28,446 nucleotides of DNA from Flavobacteriales bacterium (GCA_044358335.1 JBIKOC010000001.1:1-28446); one strand, 5' to 3'. Shown: positions 8,217-17,751, counted from the first letter of the stretch. Numbers and translations are program-made. Notes: a model not told the origin generated them from the letters alone.

Positions 8217-8486
8217 AAGAATTAGCCTACGAAGGAGGACAGTACCTTGAAGTGAAACGGAAAGGGAAGCCCCAAAAGAAATCTCTCTCTCAGCGACACT
8301 TAGTCGAATTTCAGAATCCCCATCACATTGTATCGTTCTGTGCTTTCGAAATAATGGGTTTTAGTATGATGCGTGTGCAAAAATGCTGAGTTTTTCTTCT
8401 GTTCCACACTAAACACTTTATAGATTCTTTTTTCTGCTTTGGTTCATGCCAATGCTTTCTCTATTTTGCACGAATCAAACCACCCA

Positions 8487-9971
8487 ATGAAAAACAACAA
8501 AGCCTTCGCAACGCTCATCTCGGTCTTCTTTTTCTGGGGATTTGTAGCCGCCAGCAACGACATACTGATTCCGGTTTTCAAAGAAAAGCTGAATCTCGAG
8601 CAGTGGCAAAGTCAAATGATCTCTTTCGCATTCTATGTGGCCTACACCGTTGGTTCGGTCATTTATTTTCTATTATCCAAATTCTCCGGGGGAGATCTCC
8701 TCAATCGAATTGGTTATAAGAATGGAATTGCACTAGGCTTGGTCATTTCTGCCATTGGAACCATGCTGTTTTATCCAGCTGCAGAACTGGCTTCTTTCCC
8801 CATGATGATTTCGGGATTGTTCATAGTTGGACTTGGATTCTCGCTACAACAAACAGCAGCAAACCCACTTGTTATCTCCATTGGTGATCCTAAAAAAGGT
8901 TCGCAACGTTTGAGCATGGCTGGTGGTATCAATAATTTCGGAACGACTATCGGTCCGATTATCTTGAGCTACGCCATTTTCGGTTCTGTGGCAGGTGAGG
9001 TTAAAGTTGATTCGCTTGATGCTGTAAAAGTCCCATACTTAATCTTGGGAGCAGCATTCTTAATTGTTGCGCTCATCTTCAAGTTTTCGTCTCTGCCCAA
9101 CAAAATCGATCCAGAAATCTCTGTCGATGATACATCATCCAAAACGAAAGATATTCTAGACGAATCGGCCATTCTAAAAGCAACTCGTCAAAGAGCAAAC
9201 ATCAAAGAAAAAACTTCAGCCATTCAATATCCTCAACTTTGGATGGGTATGATTGCCATATTTCTATACGTGGGAGTAGAAGTTTCAACGGCCTCGAACC
9301 TTCCCGAATTCATGAAACAACACCTGCAAACACCAACCAACGAAATTGCTCCATTTGTTTCATTATTCTGGGCGAGTTTGATGATTGGTCGCTGGACTGG
9401 CGCTGTTGGGGCAATGAACGTGATGAATTCGACCAAGCAAATCTTTCGTTTTCTCTTACCCTATTTAGCATTTGGTATTTTCCTTATTGCCAACCGAATT
9501 GCCAATCATGACACTTCTTCGCTTTACTTATACTCAGCGGTATTAATGATTCTCATCGCCGCCGACTACTTCAGCAAAGGAAATCCGGCTCGCCAATTAT
9601 TACTCTTCTCTAGCCTAGGAATTACAGCACTTTGTATTGGTATGCTAGCCGATGGAATGGTGAGTGTGTATGCATTCATTAGTGTGGGCTTATTTTGCTC
9701 AACCTTATGGCCCTGCATTTTCACTTTAGCAATTGCTGGATTAGGAAAACACACCAATCAAGGCTCCGGTTTCCTCATTATGATGATTATGGGTGGAGGT
9801 TTTATTAGTCTGTTTCAAGGTGTCTTAGCGGATGAGAAACTTTTAGGCATTCAACACAGCTATATTGTGGGCGTAATCTGCTTTCTTTACCTCGCATTTT
9901 ACGGATGGAAGACCAACGATTTGCTCAAAAAACAAGGAATTAACTACGATGCAAGCGTTGCTGCACATTAA
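8487..9971 (+). CDS. FucP/GluP-like MFS sugar transporter
   Basis: SVFFFWGFVA, LQQTAANP, GTTIGP, LYVGVEV and LMIGRW are FHS/FucP motifs; many TM helices. Start likely ATG 8487 (track 8439). Confidence 0.88.
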   Translation: MKNNKAFATLISVFFFWGFVAASNDILIPVFKEKLNLEQWQSQMISFAFYVAYTVGSVIYFLLSKFSGGDLLNRIGYKNGIALGLVISAIGTMLFYPAAELASFPMMISGLFIVGLGFSLQQTAANPLVISIGDPKKGSQRLSMAGGINNFGTTIGPIILSYAIFGSVAGEVKVDSLDAVKVPYLILGAAFLIVALIFKFSSLPNKIDPEISVDDTSSKTKDILDESAILKATRQRANIKEKTSAIQYPQLWMGMIAIFLYVGVEVSTASNLPEFMKQHLQTPTNEIAPFVSLFWASLMIGRWTGAVGAMNVMNSTKQIFRFLLPYLAFGIFLIANRIANHDTSSLYLYSAVLMILIAADYFSKGNPARQLLLFSSLGITALCIGMLADGMVSVYAFISVGLFCSTLWPCIFTLAIAGLGKHTNQGSGFLIMMIMGGGFISLFQGVLADEKLLGIQHSYIVGVICFLYLAFYGWKTNDLLKKQGINYDASVAAH

Positions 9972-9978
9972 TTGAATC

Positions 9979-10911
9979 ATGATGGAAGATGTCGTTGCCG
10001 GTATCGATATTGGCGGAACCAATACAACCATTGGTCTCGTAAGCAAATCGGGACGGGTGCTTGCGAAAGATGGTATCAAAACCAAGCAATATCCCGAAAT
10101 CGGTGATTTTGTTACTGCCGCTGCTTCTCTCATCAGCAAACAACTCGAAAACATACGTCACGACATTCCTGAATTAAGCCTCAAAGGCATTGGTATTGGT
10201 GCTCCTAACGCCAATCCTCACAAAGGAACCATAGAAAATGCTCCCAACTTAAGCTGGCATGGTATCGTTCCCTTAGCCAAACTCATGGCAGAGAAGCTGT
10301 ATGTTCGTTGCGCCCTGACTAACGACGCTAAAGCTGCTGCACTAGGAGAGCAAAAATTCGGTGCAGCAAAGGGCATGAAGGATTTCCTCGTTATCACCCT
10401 TGGAACAGGCTTAGGGAGCGGAATTGTTGCTAATGGCTCACTCATTTATGGTCACGATGGATTTGCAGGTGAACTCGGCCATGTTATTGTGGTTCCTGGC
10501 GGAAGACTTTGTGGCTGCGGCCGACATGGTTGCCTTGAAACCTACGTGAGCGCTACCGGACTGGTTCGTACGTATCGCGAACTCAATCCAAATGCAACTG
10601 AAGAAACCGATGCTAGAGCCATTGCCGAACTAGCTCAAAGTGGCGACGAAGTAGCAATCGAAACTTATCGCAGAACAGGCGAAATGCTTGGTTTTTCTCT
10701 AGCAAACAGCGTGGCTTACACGAGTCCAGAAGCGATATTTCTATTTGGCGGACTCATTCGTGCGGGAGAAATTCTCTTTCAACCTACACGAGAAGCATTC
10801 GAAAAGAATCTACTCAATAACTACAAGGGGCATATTCACATTCATCCATCGGCTTTACACGAAAGTGACGCGGCTGTTTTGGGTGCAGCATCTATCATCT
10901 GGAACGAATAA
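9979..10911 (+). CDS. ROK-family sugar kinase (glucose/GlcNAc kinase)
   Basis: GIDIGGT, TNDAKAAALGE, ITLGTGLGSG, GELGH and the zinc motif CGCGRHGCLE. Confidence 0.93.
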   Translation: MMEDVVAGIDIGGTNTTIGLVSKSGRVLAKDGIKTKQYPEIGDFVTAAASLISKQLENIRHDIPELSLKGIGIGAPNANPHKGTIENAPNLSWHGIVPLAKLMAEKLYVRCALTNDAKAAALGEQKFGAAKGMKDFLVITLGTGLGSGIVANGSLIYGHDGFAGELGHVIVVPGGRLCGCGRHGCLETYVSATGLVRTYRELNPNATEETDARAIAELAQSGDEVAIETYRRTGEMLGFSLANSVAYTSPEAIFLFGGLIRAGEILFQPTREAFEKNLLNNYKGHIHIHPSALHESDAAVLGAASIIWNE

Positions 10912-10917
10912 TCATCT

Positions 10918-13206
10918 ATGAAACACCTCGCTGTCTTCCTGATTTGTCTGCTTTCTCAGTGCATCCTTCAGGCGCAGAAAGGCATCATACCTCAACCGCA
11001 AGAAATCGAATTCAACGGACAAGATTTCCTTGTTCAATCTCCCATCATTACGTTCGATGATTCATTAATTTATCCTGAAGCAATATTCCTTAAAGAATCA
11101 ATCAATCGCTTTTATCAGCAGTCGTTGCGCATCGTGCGATTGCAAAATATTGCACCTGAAAAAGACCCTCCACTTTTCATTCAGCTTCAAATTATTCGTC
11201 CCGACACGCTTCTTCCGCAGGGTTGGTACTATTTGAATGTGGATAAAAACAGAATCAACATTACTGCTACTGAAAAAACAGGGGTTTTTTACGGAATTCA
11301 ATCGCTTATACAACTCGGATATTACAACGCTGAGAAGCAATTCGCATTTCATGGGGTAAAAATAACCAACGATTATCCCAACATGAAATGGCGCGGAATG
11401 CACCTCGATGTAAGTCGGCATTTCTTTCCCAAAGAGTTCATTCTTAAGTATATCGATTTACTATCGATGAACAAGATGAACGTGTTCCATTGGCACCTCA
11501 CGGACGATCAAGGTTGGCGCATCGAAATCAAGAAATATCCAAAACTCACTTCGGTGGGCGGCTGGCGGAAAGGCTCCATGGTTGGCCATTACAACGAGCA
11601 ACGTTACGATACCATTCGCTATGGCGGATTTTATTCCCAAGACGACATTCGAGAAGTAGTTGCCTATGCCGAAAAACGACATGTAACCATTGTACCAGAA
11701 ATTGAAATGCCCGGTCACTCACTAGCTGCTCTATCGGCCTATCCTCAATTCTCCTGCACAGGCGGGCCATTCGAAGTTGCTAAAGGATGGGGCGTTTTTG
11801 ACGATGTGTTTTGTCCGAAGGAAGAAACCTTCACTTTTTTACAAGATATCTTGGATGAAGTGGTGACCCTTTTCCCCGGAAAATACATCCACATTGGCGG
11901 CGACGAATGCCCTAAAACACGCTGGGAAAAATGCAAAGCGTGTCAGAAACGTATGAAGGAAAATAATCTGAAAGACGAGATGGCCTTGCAGAGTTATTTC
12001 ATCCAACGTATAGAGAAACACCTCAACAGTAAAGGCAAACAGATTATTGGTTGGGACGAAATTTTGGAAGGCGGATTGGCTCCCAACGCAGCGGTGATGA
12101 GTTGGCGAGGGATAGAAGGAGGCATTGAAGCAGCGCATCTGCACCATCCGGTTGTGATGACACCTGGAACGCATTGCTATTTGGATCATTACCAAGGAAA
12201 TCCGCGACAAGAACCTGTTGCTATTGGTGGATATACAACACTCGAAAAAGTTTACAGCTTCCAACCTGTTCCTGAAAAACTCACACCCGAAGAACGCACA
12301 TACATTTTAGGTGCTCAAGGAAACGTCTGGACCGAATACATCAACACATCACGCGATGTAGAATACATGGCAGTTCCTCGCATGAGCGCACTCGCCGAAG
12401 TGCTCTGGACAAATGAGGTTTCGCGCAACTACATCCACTTCACCGAACGCCTAACAGAATTTTCAGACTTATTGAAGAAGATGGATGTGAACATGGCGCA
12501 TAGCTGGCAAAGACCTGTATTGTCTACCGTTGCTCAAAATGGCGTGTTAAAAGCGGATGCAAAACCTCCTGTTCCAGGCAAAAAAATGATGTACGAGCTC
12601 CGCAAGCCGGGTATGAAAATAAATGGGGCTAAAATGGAATATGTGGCACCCGTTGAACTGATTGATAAGAACATTCAGTTTCGTGTTTGGGTGGAAGAAA
12701 ACGACTCAACACGCTATGAAGCCAGTTTAATTATTCGTAGTAGTTTGGCAAGTGCGAAACAAGTGAGTTTTGCAAAAGCGCCATCGGAACATTATCCCGG
12801 AAAAGGCGGTTTTACATTAGTCGATGGAATTGTAGCAGTGCTCCCGCGCATCAACAGCGAATGGCTTGGCTGGAGCGGCGATGACATGATTGCTACGATT
12901 GATTTAGGTTCGATACAACCTGTTACCAAGGCTGAAATTGGAGTGCTTCATGACCCATCAAATTGGATTTACAGACCAGCGAAGATTCAACTAGAATCAT
13001 CTACCGACGGGACAAACTGGAATACTATTTTAAGCACATTAGTTGTTCCCTTTAGCCCCAATCCTCGAAAAGAGCTACTTGATTTTGGTCCAGTGAATGC
13101 TCGTTATTTCCGCATCAGTGCTAAAAATCCGGGGCTAATTCCAGAAGGAAATCCGGGGGCAGGTAAATCTTCTTGGATCTTTTTTGATGAAATTATTTTA
13201 GAGTAA
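10918..13206 (+). CDS. GH20 beta-N-acetylhexosaminidase with a C-terminal F5/8-type C (CBM32-like) module
   Basis: Signal peptide; RGMHLDVSRHF, FHWHLTDDQGWR, PEIEMPGH, catalytic HIGGDE and VWTEY. Confidence 0.95.
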   Translation: MKHLAVFLICLLSQCILQAQKGIIPQPQEIEFNGQDFLVQSPIITFDDSLIYPEAIFLKESINRFYQQSLRIVRLQNIAPEKDPPLFIQLQIIRPDTLLPQGWYYLNVDKNRINITATEKTGVFYGIQSLIQLGYYNAEKQFAFHGVKITNDYPNMKWRGMHLDVSRHFFPKEFILKYIDLLSMNKMNVFHWHLTDDQGWRIEIKKYPKLTSVGGWRKGSMVGHYNEQRYDTIRYGGFYSQDDIREVVAYAEKRHVTIVPEIEMPGHSLAALSAYPQFSCTGGPFEVAKGWGVFDDVFCPKEETFTFLQDILDEVVTLFPGKYIHIGGDECPKTRWEKCKACQKRMKENNLKDEMALQSYFIQRIEKHLNSKGKQIIGWDEILEGGLAPNAAVMSWRGIEGGIEAAHLHHPVVMTPGTHCYLDHYQGNPRQEPVAIGGYTTLEKVYSFQPVPEKLTPEERTYILGAQGNVWTEYINTSRDVEYMAVPRMSALAEVLWTNEVSRNYIHFTERLTEFSDLLKKMDVNMAHSWQRPVLSTVAQNGVLKADAKPPVPGKKMMYELRKPGMKINGAKMEYVAPVELIDKNIQFRVWVEENDSTRYEASLIIRSSLASAKQVSFAKAPSEHYPGKGGFTLVDGIVAVLPRINSEWLGWSGDDMIATIDLGSIQPVTKAEIGVLHDPSNWIYRPAKIQLESSTDGTNWNTILSTLVVPFSPNPRKELLDFGPVNARYFRISAKNPGLIPEGNPGAGKSSWIFFDEIILE

Positions 13207-14201
13207 TGGCAAGCAATCGACGCGGTTTTATTAAATCCGGCATACTCGGAACAGCAGCATTGGGCATATCACCTTTTGTGAAAGAGAGTATGGGCGCAAC
13301 TTTCAGCGAATCCACTTCCCCTCTCGTTCAGCAAAATCCCATTGTGCTTTCCACTTGGAAATTTGGTTTGAAAGCCAACGAAGAAGCCTGGAAGGTCTTA
13401 TCGAAAAACGGGCATGCTTTGGATGCCGTCGAAGCGGGAGTGATGGTGATTGAAGCAGATCCGGAAGAAACCACTGTAGGTTACGGAGGAATGCCCGATC
13501 GTGATGGCCGCGTGACCTTGGACGCTTGCATCATGGACGAAAACCTCCACATTGGTTCGGTAGCTTGTTTGGAGCACATCATGCATCCCATTTCGGTGGC
13601 GCGGAGGGTAATGGAAAAGACGCCTCATGTGATGTTAGTGGGCGATGGTGCCTTGCAATTTGCCTTGGAGCAAGGTTTCCAAAAAATCAATTTACTTACC
13701 CCAAAATCGGAAGCTGCATGGAAAGAATGGTTGAAGAAAGCGGAGTATAAGCCCAAAGTCAATATCGAAAATCACGATACCATTGGCATGATTGCATTGG
13801 ATGCGCAAGGTCGTTTATCGGGTTGTTGCACCACTTCAGGTATGGCCTTTAAAATGCACGGCCGCGTGGGTGATTCGCCTATTATTGGAGCTGGATTGTA
13901 TGTGGATGGAGAAGTTGGAGCCGCTACTGCCACCGGTCATGGAGAAGAAGTGATTCGTATTGCCGGTTGTCATTTGGTAGTAGAACTCATGCGCCAAGGA
14001 AGAACGCCCGAAGAAGCCTGTAAAGAAGCCGTTGAGCGTGTTTACAAGAAGCAACAACATCGCATCAAAGACATTCAAGTAGGATTCATTGCCCTCAACA
14101 CCGCTGGACAATATGGCGCCTATTGTGTGCAGCCCGGATTCAATTATGCCGTGCACGATTTAAGTGGCAATCGCTTGATAGATGCGGGAAGTCGAATTTG
14201 A
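13206..14201 (+). CDS. aspG: N4-(beta-N-acetylglucosaminyl)-L-asparaginase (glycosylasparaginase), Tat signal
   Basis: Twin-arginine leader NRRGFIK; PIVLSTW; GYGGMPDRDGRVTLDACIMD; autoproteolysis site NHD|TIGM; GRVGDSPIIGAG. As I recall it, closely matches the Elizabethkingia glycosylasparaginase. Confidence 0.95.
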   Translation: MASNRRGFIKSGILGTAALGISPFVKESMGATFSESTSPLVQQNPIVLSTWKFGLKANEEAWKVLSKNGHALDAVEAGVMVIEADPEETTVGYGGMPDRDGRVTLDACIMDENLHIGSVACLEHIMHPISVARRVMEKTPHVMLVGDGALQFALEQGFQKINLLTPKSEAAWKEWLKKAEYKPKVNIENHDTIGMIALDAQGRLSGCCTTSGMAFKMHGRVGDSPIIGAGLYVDGEVGAATATGHGEEVIRIAGCHLVVELMRQGRTPEEACKEAVERVYKKQQHRIKDIQVGFIALNTAGQYGAYCVQPGFNYAVHDLSGNRLIDAGSRI

Positions 14202-14202
14202 T

Positions 14203-16152
14203 TTAGGGTTCGAAAAATCCTGCTGATTGCTTGGGAGAACCATCCCAATTCAACACACTCCAGGACATCACCGGAGCAACTTCATTCAATTGCCAAAAGA
14301 GTGTTCCCATACAATACGGAGCTGCCTTTTTGTGCGCCTTGCTGGCAGCAGTATACACCTGCTTTTGCAAAAATTGAGAAGAGTTAATTATTTCTTGATT
14401 GGTTGTATGAGGCAATGCGTTTTCGTCGAGGAAGCGAATGAGCAAGTCGATGCCTTTGTAGCTTTTTACTAAATCGCGCAAGTCAATCTCATTCACTCGT
14501 TTCCCATGAGCTTCCTCTAATACTTCAATGGACGGAAATGAGGGGAATCCATATTCACTCATAAAACGAGGAATGCGTGTAAGCACCGAATCCACGGGAT
14601 ATTCGCCGTGCCATACCGACCAATCGTGATTGTCGCCGGTTCTCAATTCCGACACTTTTCCCCAATTGGAAACAGGCGTGGATGGGAGATAAGGGATTTC
14701 GAGAGCGGTTTGACGAAGGATTTCAGGAAGAAAACTTTCAAAGAAAAAGACGTAGTCGTGATCCAACATGCTCTTTTGAGGGACTTTATACTTGTAGGTT
14801 GTTTCCCATCCCCAGTTTTTTCGTCCCACGTTGATTTCATTGTTTCCACACCAAAGCGCCAAACTTGGATGCTTCACCAAGCGCTCTGATTGATAGACGA
14901 TTTCTTGCTTCACGTTATTCAGAAAGTCATCATCCGCCGGATAATAGGAACAGGCAAACATGGCATCTTGCCAAATCATTACTCCGTGTTCATCTGCCCA
15001 ATTAAAAAAGGCTTCAGGCAAATACGTTCCGCCGCCCCAAATGCGCAACATATTGAATCCAGCCGATTGCACATACTGCAACTCCTTCACGGATAAGCCA
15101 GCAATTCGATCTCCTTCAAACGCCTCGTTCGGCATCACCACATTGGCGCCATGGGCAAAAACAGGCTCGTAATTCACCTTAAACGTAAAGGAAACTCCTG
15201 CAGAATCGGACTGTTGCTCAAGATCCATCATTCGGACTCCAAAGCAAAACGATTGCTTATCTGCTACGTTTTTATCAAACCAACATTGCGTAGTATACAA
15301 TTGCGGCCCTTCTTTCATTCCGATAGGCCACCACAATTTTGCCTTCGGGATTTGCACGTGAATGAGCGTATCGAATGCGCCACGTTTTAATTGAATGTGC
15401 TCGGTTAATGTATCGATTTGAAGATGCAGTACTTGCGTTTTCTTGGCAGCAATTCCCTTGAGGTGAATGTTTAGTTGCGCGTTTCCATAGGCAATCGATC
15501 TTGTTTCTACACGCAATGATTGTACTTCCTGTGGAGCATGCACGATGAGTTGAGGCAATACACGAAAGCCTGTATAGATTTCGGGATAGCAAAAATCCCA
15601 ACCAAACTCCTGCTGTGGCTGACGAATAAAGGGAGCCGTTTTGATGGAATCGACTTGGTTTCCGGCGGGCATAGGAAAATTCCGTCGTGTGAGCTCTTCT
15701 ACTTCTTCGCGGGGAGGACGGAATTGTATGCGTATGACATTATGTTTTTTAAGCAGTCGTTTGGGAAGCGGAAAAGACCAGAGGCGAAAAGCATTGTTGG
15801 TCTCGCCCAGGAGCTGATCGTTGAGATAAATGCGTGTGAATGTTTGCAGGTAATTGAATTGCAACTCGAGGTTTTTACGCTGCTTAGGTGCTTCAAACGA
15901 ACAAGAAATTTCGAGCGGTAAAGATGCTATCGAATCGTGATAGGCGATACTTTCTTTGGAAAATCGGAGTCGAAGTTTGGGCTGTTGAACCGAAGCGTGG
16001 AGGCGAGCTAAATCAATTAAATTGAGTGCTCCTTGAAACGGAATTTCAGTTGAAGAGATGTTTGCGCGCAAGTTCCATTGTTTCAACAGAAGCGTATCTG
16101 CTGAAAAGGCAAAAAAGGGGAATAACAGAAATATTAGTGCGAGGTAGCGCAT
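14203..16152 (-). CDS. GH2 beta-mannosidase, C-terminally short (649 aa)
   Basis: Signal peptide; FIRQPQQEFGWDF, NMLRIWGGG, acid/base LWCGNNE, nucleophile RFMSEYGFPSFP and GTLFWQLNE. Ends shortly after the barrel. Confidence 0.88.
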   Translation of the reverse strand: MRYLALIFLLFPFFAFSADTLLLKQWNLRANISSTEIPFQGALNLIDLARLHASVQQPKLRLRFSKESIAYHDSIASLPLEISCSFEAPKQRKNLELQFNYLQTFTRIYLNDQLLGETNNAFRLWSFPLPKRLLKKHNVIRIQFRPPREEVEELTRRNFPMPAGNQVDSIKTAPFIRQPQQEFGWDFCYPEIYTGFRVLPQLIVHAPQEVQSLRVETRSIAYGNAQLNIHLKGIAAKKTQVLHLQIDTLTEHIQLKRGAFDTLIHVQIPKAKLWWPIGMKEGPQLYTTQCWFDKNVADKQSFCFGVRMMDLEQQSDSAGVSFTFKVNYEPVFAHGANVVMPNEAFEGDRIAGLSVKELQYVQSAGFNMLRIWGGGTYLPEAFFNWADEHGVMIWQDAMFACSYYPADDDFLNNVKQEIVYQSERLVKHPSLALWCGNNEINVGRKNWGWETTYKYKVPQKSMLDHDYVFFFESFLPEILRQTALEIPYLPSTPVSNWGKVSELRTGDNHDWSVWHGEYPVDSVLTRIPRFMSEYGFPSFPSIEVLEEAHGKRVNEIDLRDLVKSYKGIDLLIRFLDENALPHTTNQEIINSSQFLQKQVYTAASKAHKKAAPYCMGTLFWQLNEVAPVMSWSVLNWDGSPKQSAGFFEP

Positions 16153-16892
16153 TGTTGCAAAACAGATTTCATTTCGGAAATTTTCTCTGCGCTAGCTACT
16201 TGAATAGCAAACTCATCTATATCACCTTCCTTTCCCATTAGTATTTCTGGATTGCGGAAGTTCATATTAGAATCTTTAAACGAGGATGCTGATGCGTGAA
16301 AATGACGAATGCCCGCTTTCCACAATTCAGGGATTTGTGCTGCATTAACACCGCTTCCCGCCATGATTTGTGTGCGTTTTTCCGCTTGACTCACCAACTT
16401 TTTCAAAACCGAAATCCCTTCTATTGCCGTGTTCGCAGCACCCGAACTCAACACACGAGCCACACCTAAATCGATTAATTCCTGTAGCGTCTCGAAAGGA
16501 TTATAACTCATGTCGATAGCACGATGCACACAGAATTCCATTTCGCCAGCAGCATCTTTCAAAAGTTTCATGCGCGCTAAATCGAGTCGGCCGTTTGGCA
16601 ATAAAATACCCGTTACCACTCCAGGAACACCTTGATTTTTCATGCTTTCGAGATCAATCAACATTTCTTGAAACTCAAAATCTGAATAACAAAAATCACC
16701 ACCACGAGGACGAAGAATAGGAAATACCTGTATGTTCTTGCATTCCAAGGCTAGTATAATGGCACCAAAAGACGGAGTTGTTCCACCTTCCAGTCTTCCC
16801 GCGCACAATTCAACACGATCAGCACCAGCAGCTTCGGCGATTAGAACGGTTTCGAGGGAATAGGCGCATATTTCGAGGGAATGGTTTTTCAT
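16134..16892 (-). CDS. cutC: CutC-family (PF03932) TIM-barrel protein, annotated 'copper homeostasis'
   Basis: LEICAYS, GADRVELC, GGTTPSFG, ILRPRGGDF, HRAID, RVLSSG and IMAGSGV. Start likely ATG 16892 (track 16931). Its 3' end overlaps the GH2 start by 19 nt. Confidence 0.92.
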   Translation of the reverse strand: MKNHSLEICAYSLETVLIAEAAGADRVELCAGRLEGGTTPSFGAIILALECKNIQVFPILRPRGGDFCYSDFEFQEMLIDLESMKNQGVPGVVTGILLPNGRLDLARMKLLKDAAGEMEFCVHRAIDMSYNPFETLQELIDLGVARVLSSGAANTAIEGISVLKKLVSQAEKRTQIMAGSGVNAAQIPELWKAGIRHFHASASSFKDSNMNFRNPEILMGKEGDIDEFAIQVASAEKISEMKSVLQQCATSH

Positions 16893-17000
16893 GGTGCAGC
16901 AAGTTAGGAAAAGTGCTTTGGTCTCTGACAAATAGCGAAAGGCCTAAGTCTCTATAGGAGCACTCGCTTATTTGATGTGCATAATTCAACTTTTCATTAA

Positions 17001-17008
17001 TACATTTG
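17001..17008 (+). promoter_or_regulatory. -7 promoter element (TACATTTG) for the lipoprotein gene
   Basis: Exact TAnnTTTG, 4 nt before the ATG at 17013. Confidence 0.55.
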
Positions 17009-17012
17009 AAGC

Positions 17013-17702
17013 ATGAAAAGAATCCCCTTTCTAATTCTACTAGTGACATTTTCTTTTGTTTCATGTAACAAAGACGATGGATCAGAAGAGCCCAAGCCAA
17101 CAGAATTTACATACACAGCTAGCGATTCATTGATATTTGAACATAGCGGATCATTGCCTTATGCCGTTGCTGTTCAAAGTAGTTCTGGAAAAGGATTTAT
17201 CTCCAGTTTTTCCGGCATGTTTGATTCGTTTTCGAATGGTGGAACTACATTAAGCATTCCTTCTAACGAAAGCCGGTCGTTTAACATTTCGTTTAATCAG
17301 TTTGGCGTAAATCCCGGTGTTTATCCATGCACACTATCGGTTGCTGTACCAAATGAGAACAATGCATTAAAAACGAAGATTGTTCAAATGGTTTACCGTC
17401 CAAACTGTGGGTATGCATTTAGAAACTATACCATTGGACAAATCACCTTTATCAGCAATGGGACTTTGTTGACTAAGAACATTACATGTGCCTACAATTC
17501 ATTGGGCCAATTAGTGGTTTCGGGCTTAACCACATTTGATGTAGTACTCAACTTCAACTGTGAAAATAACACAGTAATAATGGAGCCTGAAGTGATTAAT
17601 GGTTTCTTAACGACAGGTAACGGACAAATTGAAGGAACCGAAATTGCTCTTCAGATGTATAGTGATGGTGTGTTGCACTCCAACTCGCGAATCAAGTTCT
17701 GA
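17013..17702 (+). CDS. Hypothetical lipoprotein, probably surface-exposed
   Basis: MKRIPFLILLVTFSFVS-C lipobox followed by NKDDGSEE; beta-rich mature part with no family recognised. Confidence 0.8.
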   Translation: MKRIPFLILLVTFSFVSCNKDDGSEEPKPTEFTYTASDSLIFEHSGSLPYAVAVQSSSGKGFISSFSGMFDSFSNGGTTLSIPSNESRSFNISFNQFGVNPGVYPCTLSVAVPNENNALKTKIVQMVYRPNCGYAFRNYTIGQITFISNGTLLTKNITCAYNSLGQLVVSGLTTFDVVLNFNCENNTVIMEPEVINGFLTTGNGQIEGTEIALQMYSDGVLHSNSRIKF

Positions 17703-17751
17703 GTTGTATTAGAAGTTTCATTTAGTAACAATCTTTTAGATTGCAATAAAA

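Noticed and set aside
8265-8290. Possible duplicated tRNA 3' end (attR) near CAGAATCCCC
   Set aside because: Only about 7 nt match the T arm; no acceptor-stem match and no integrase.
8178-8300. Glycine-riboswitch-like words (CGCCGAAG, CTCTCAG) upstream of the MFS gene
   Set aside because: The GGAGA and CTCTCAGG elements and the aptamer pairing are missing; CGCCGAAG is explained by the palindrome.
6604-14201. Functional link between ansA and glycosylasparaginase
   Set aside because: ansA is coupled to tatD and separated by a terminator, the tRNA and the GIY-YIG unit; glycosylasparaginase yields Asp, not Asn. Proximity is probably incidental.
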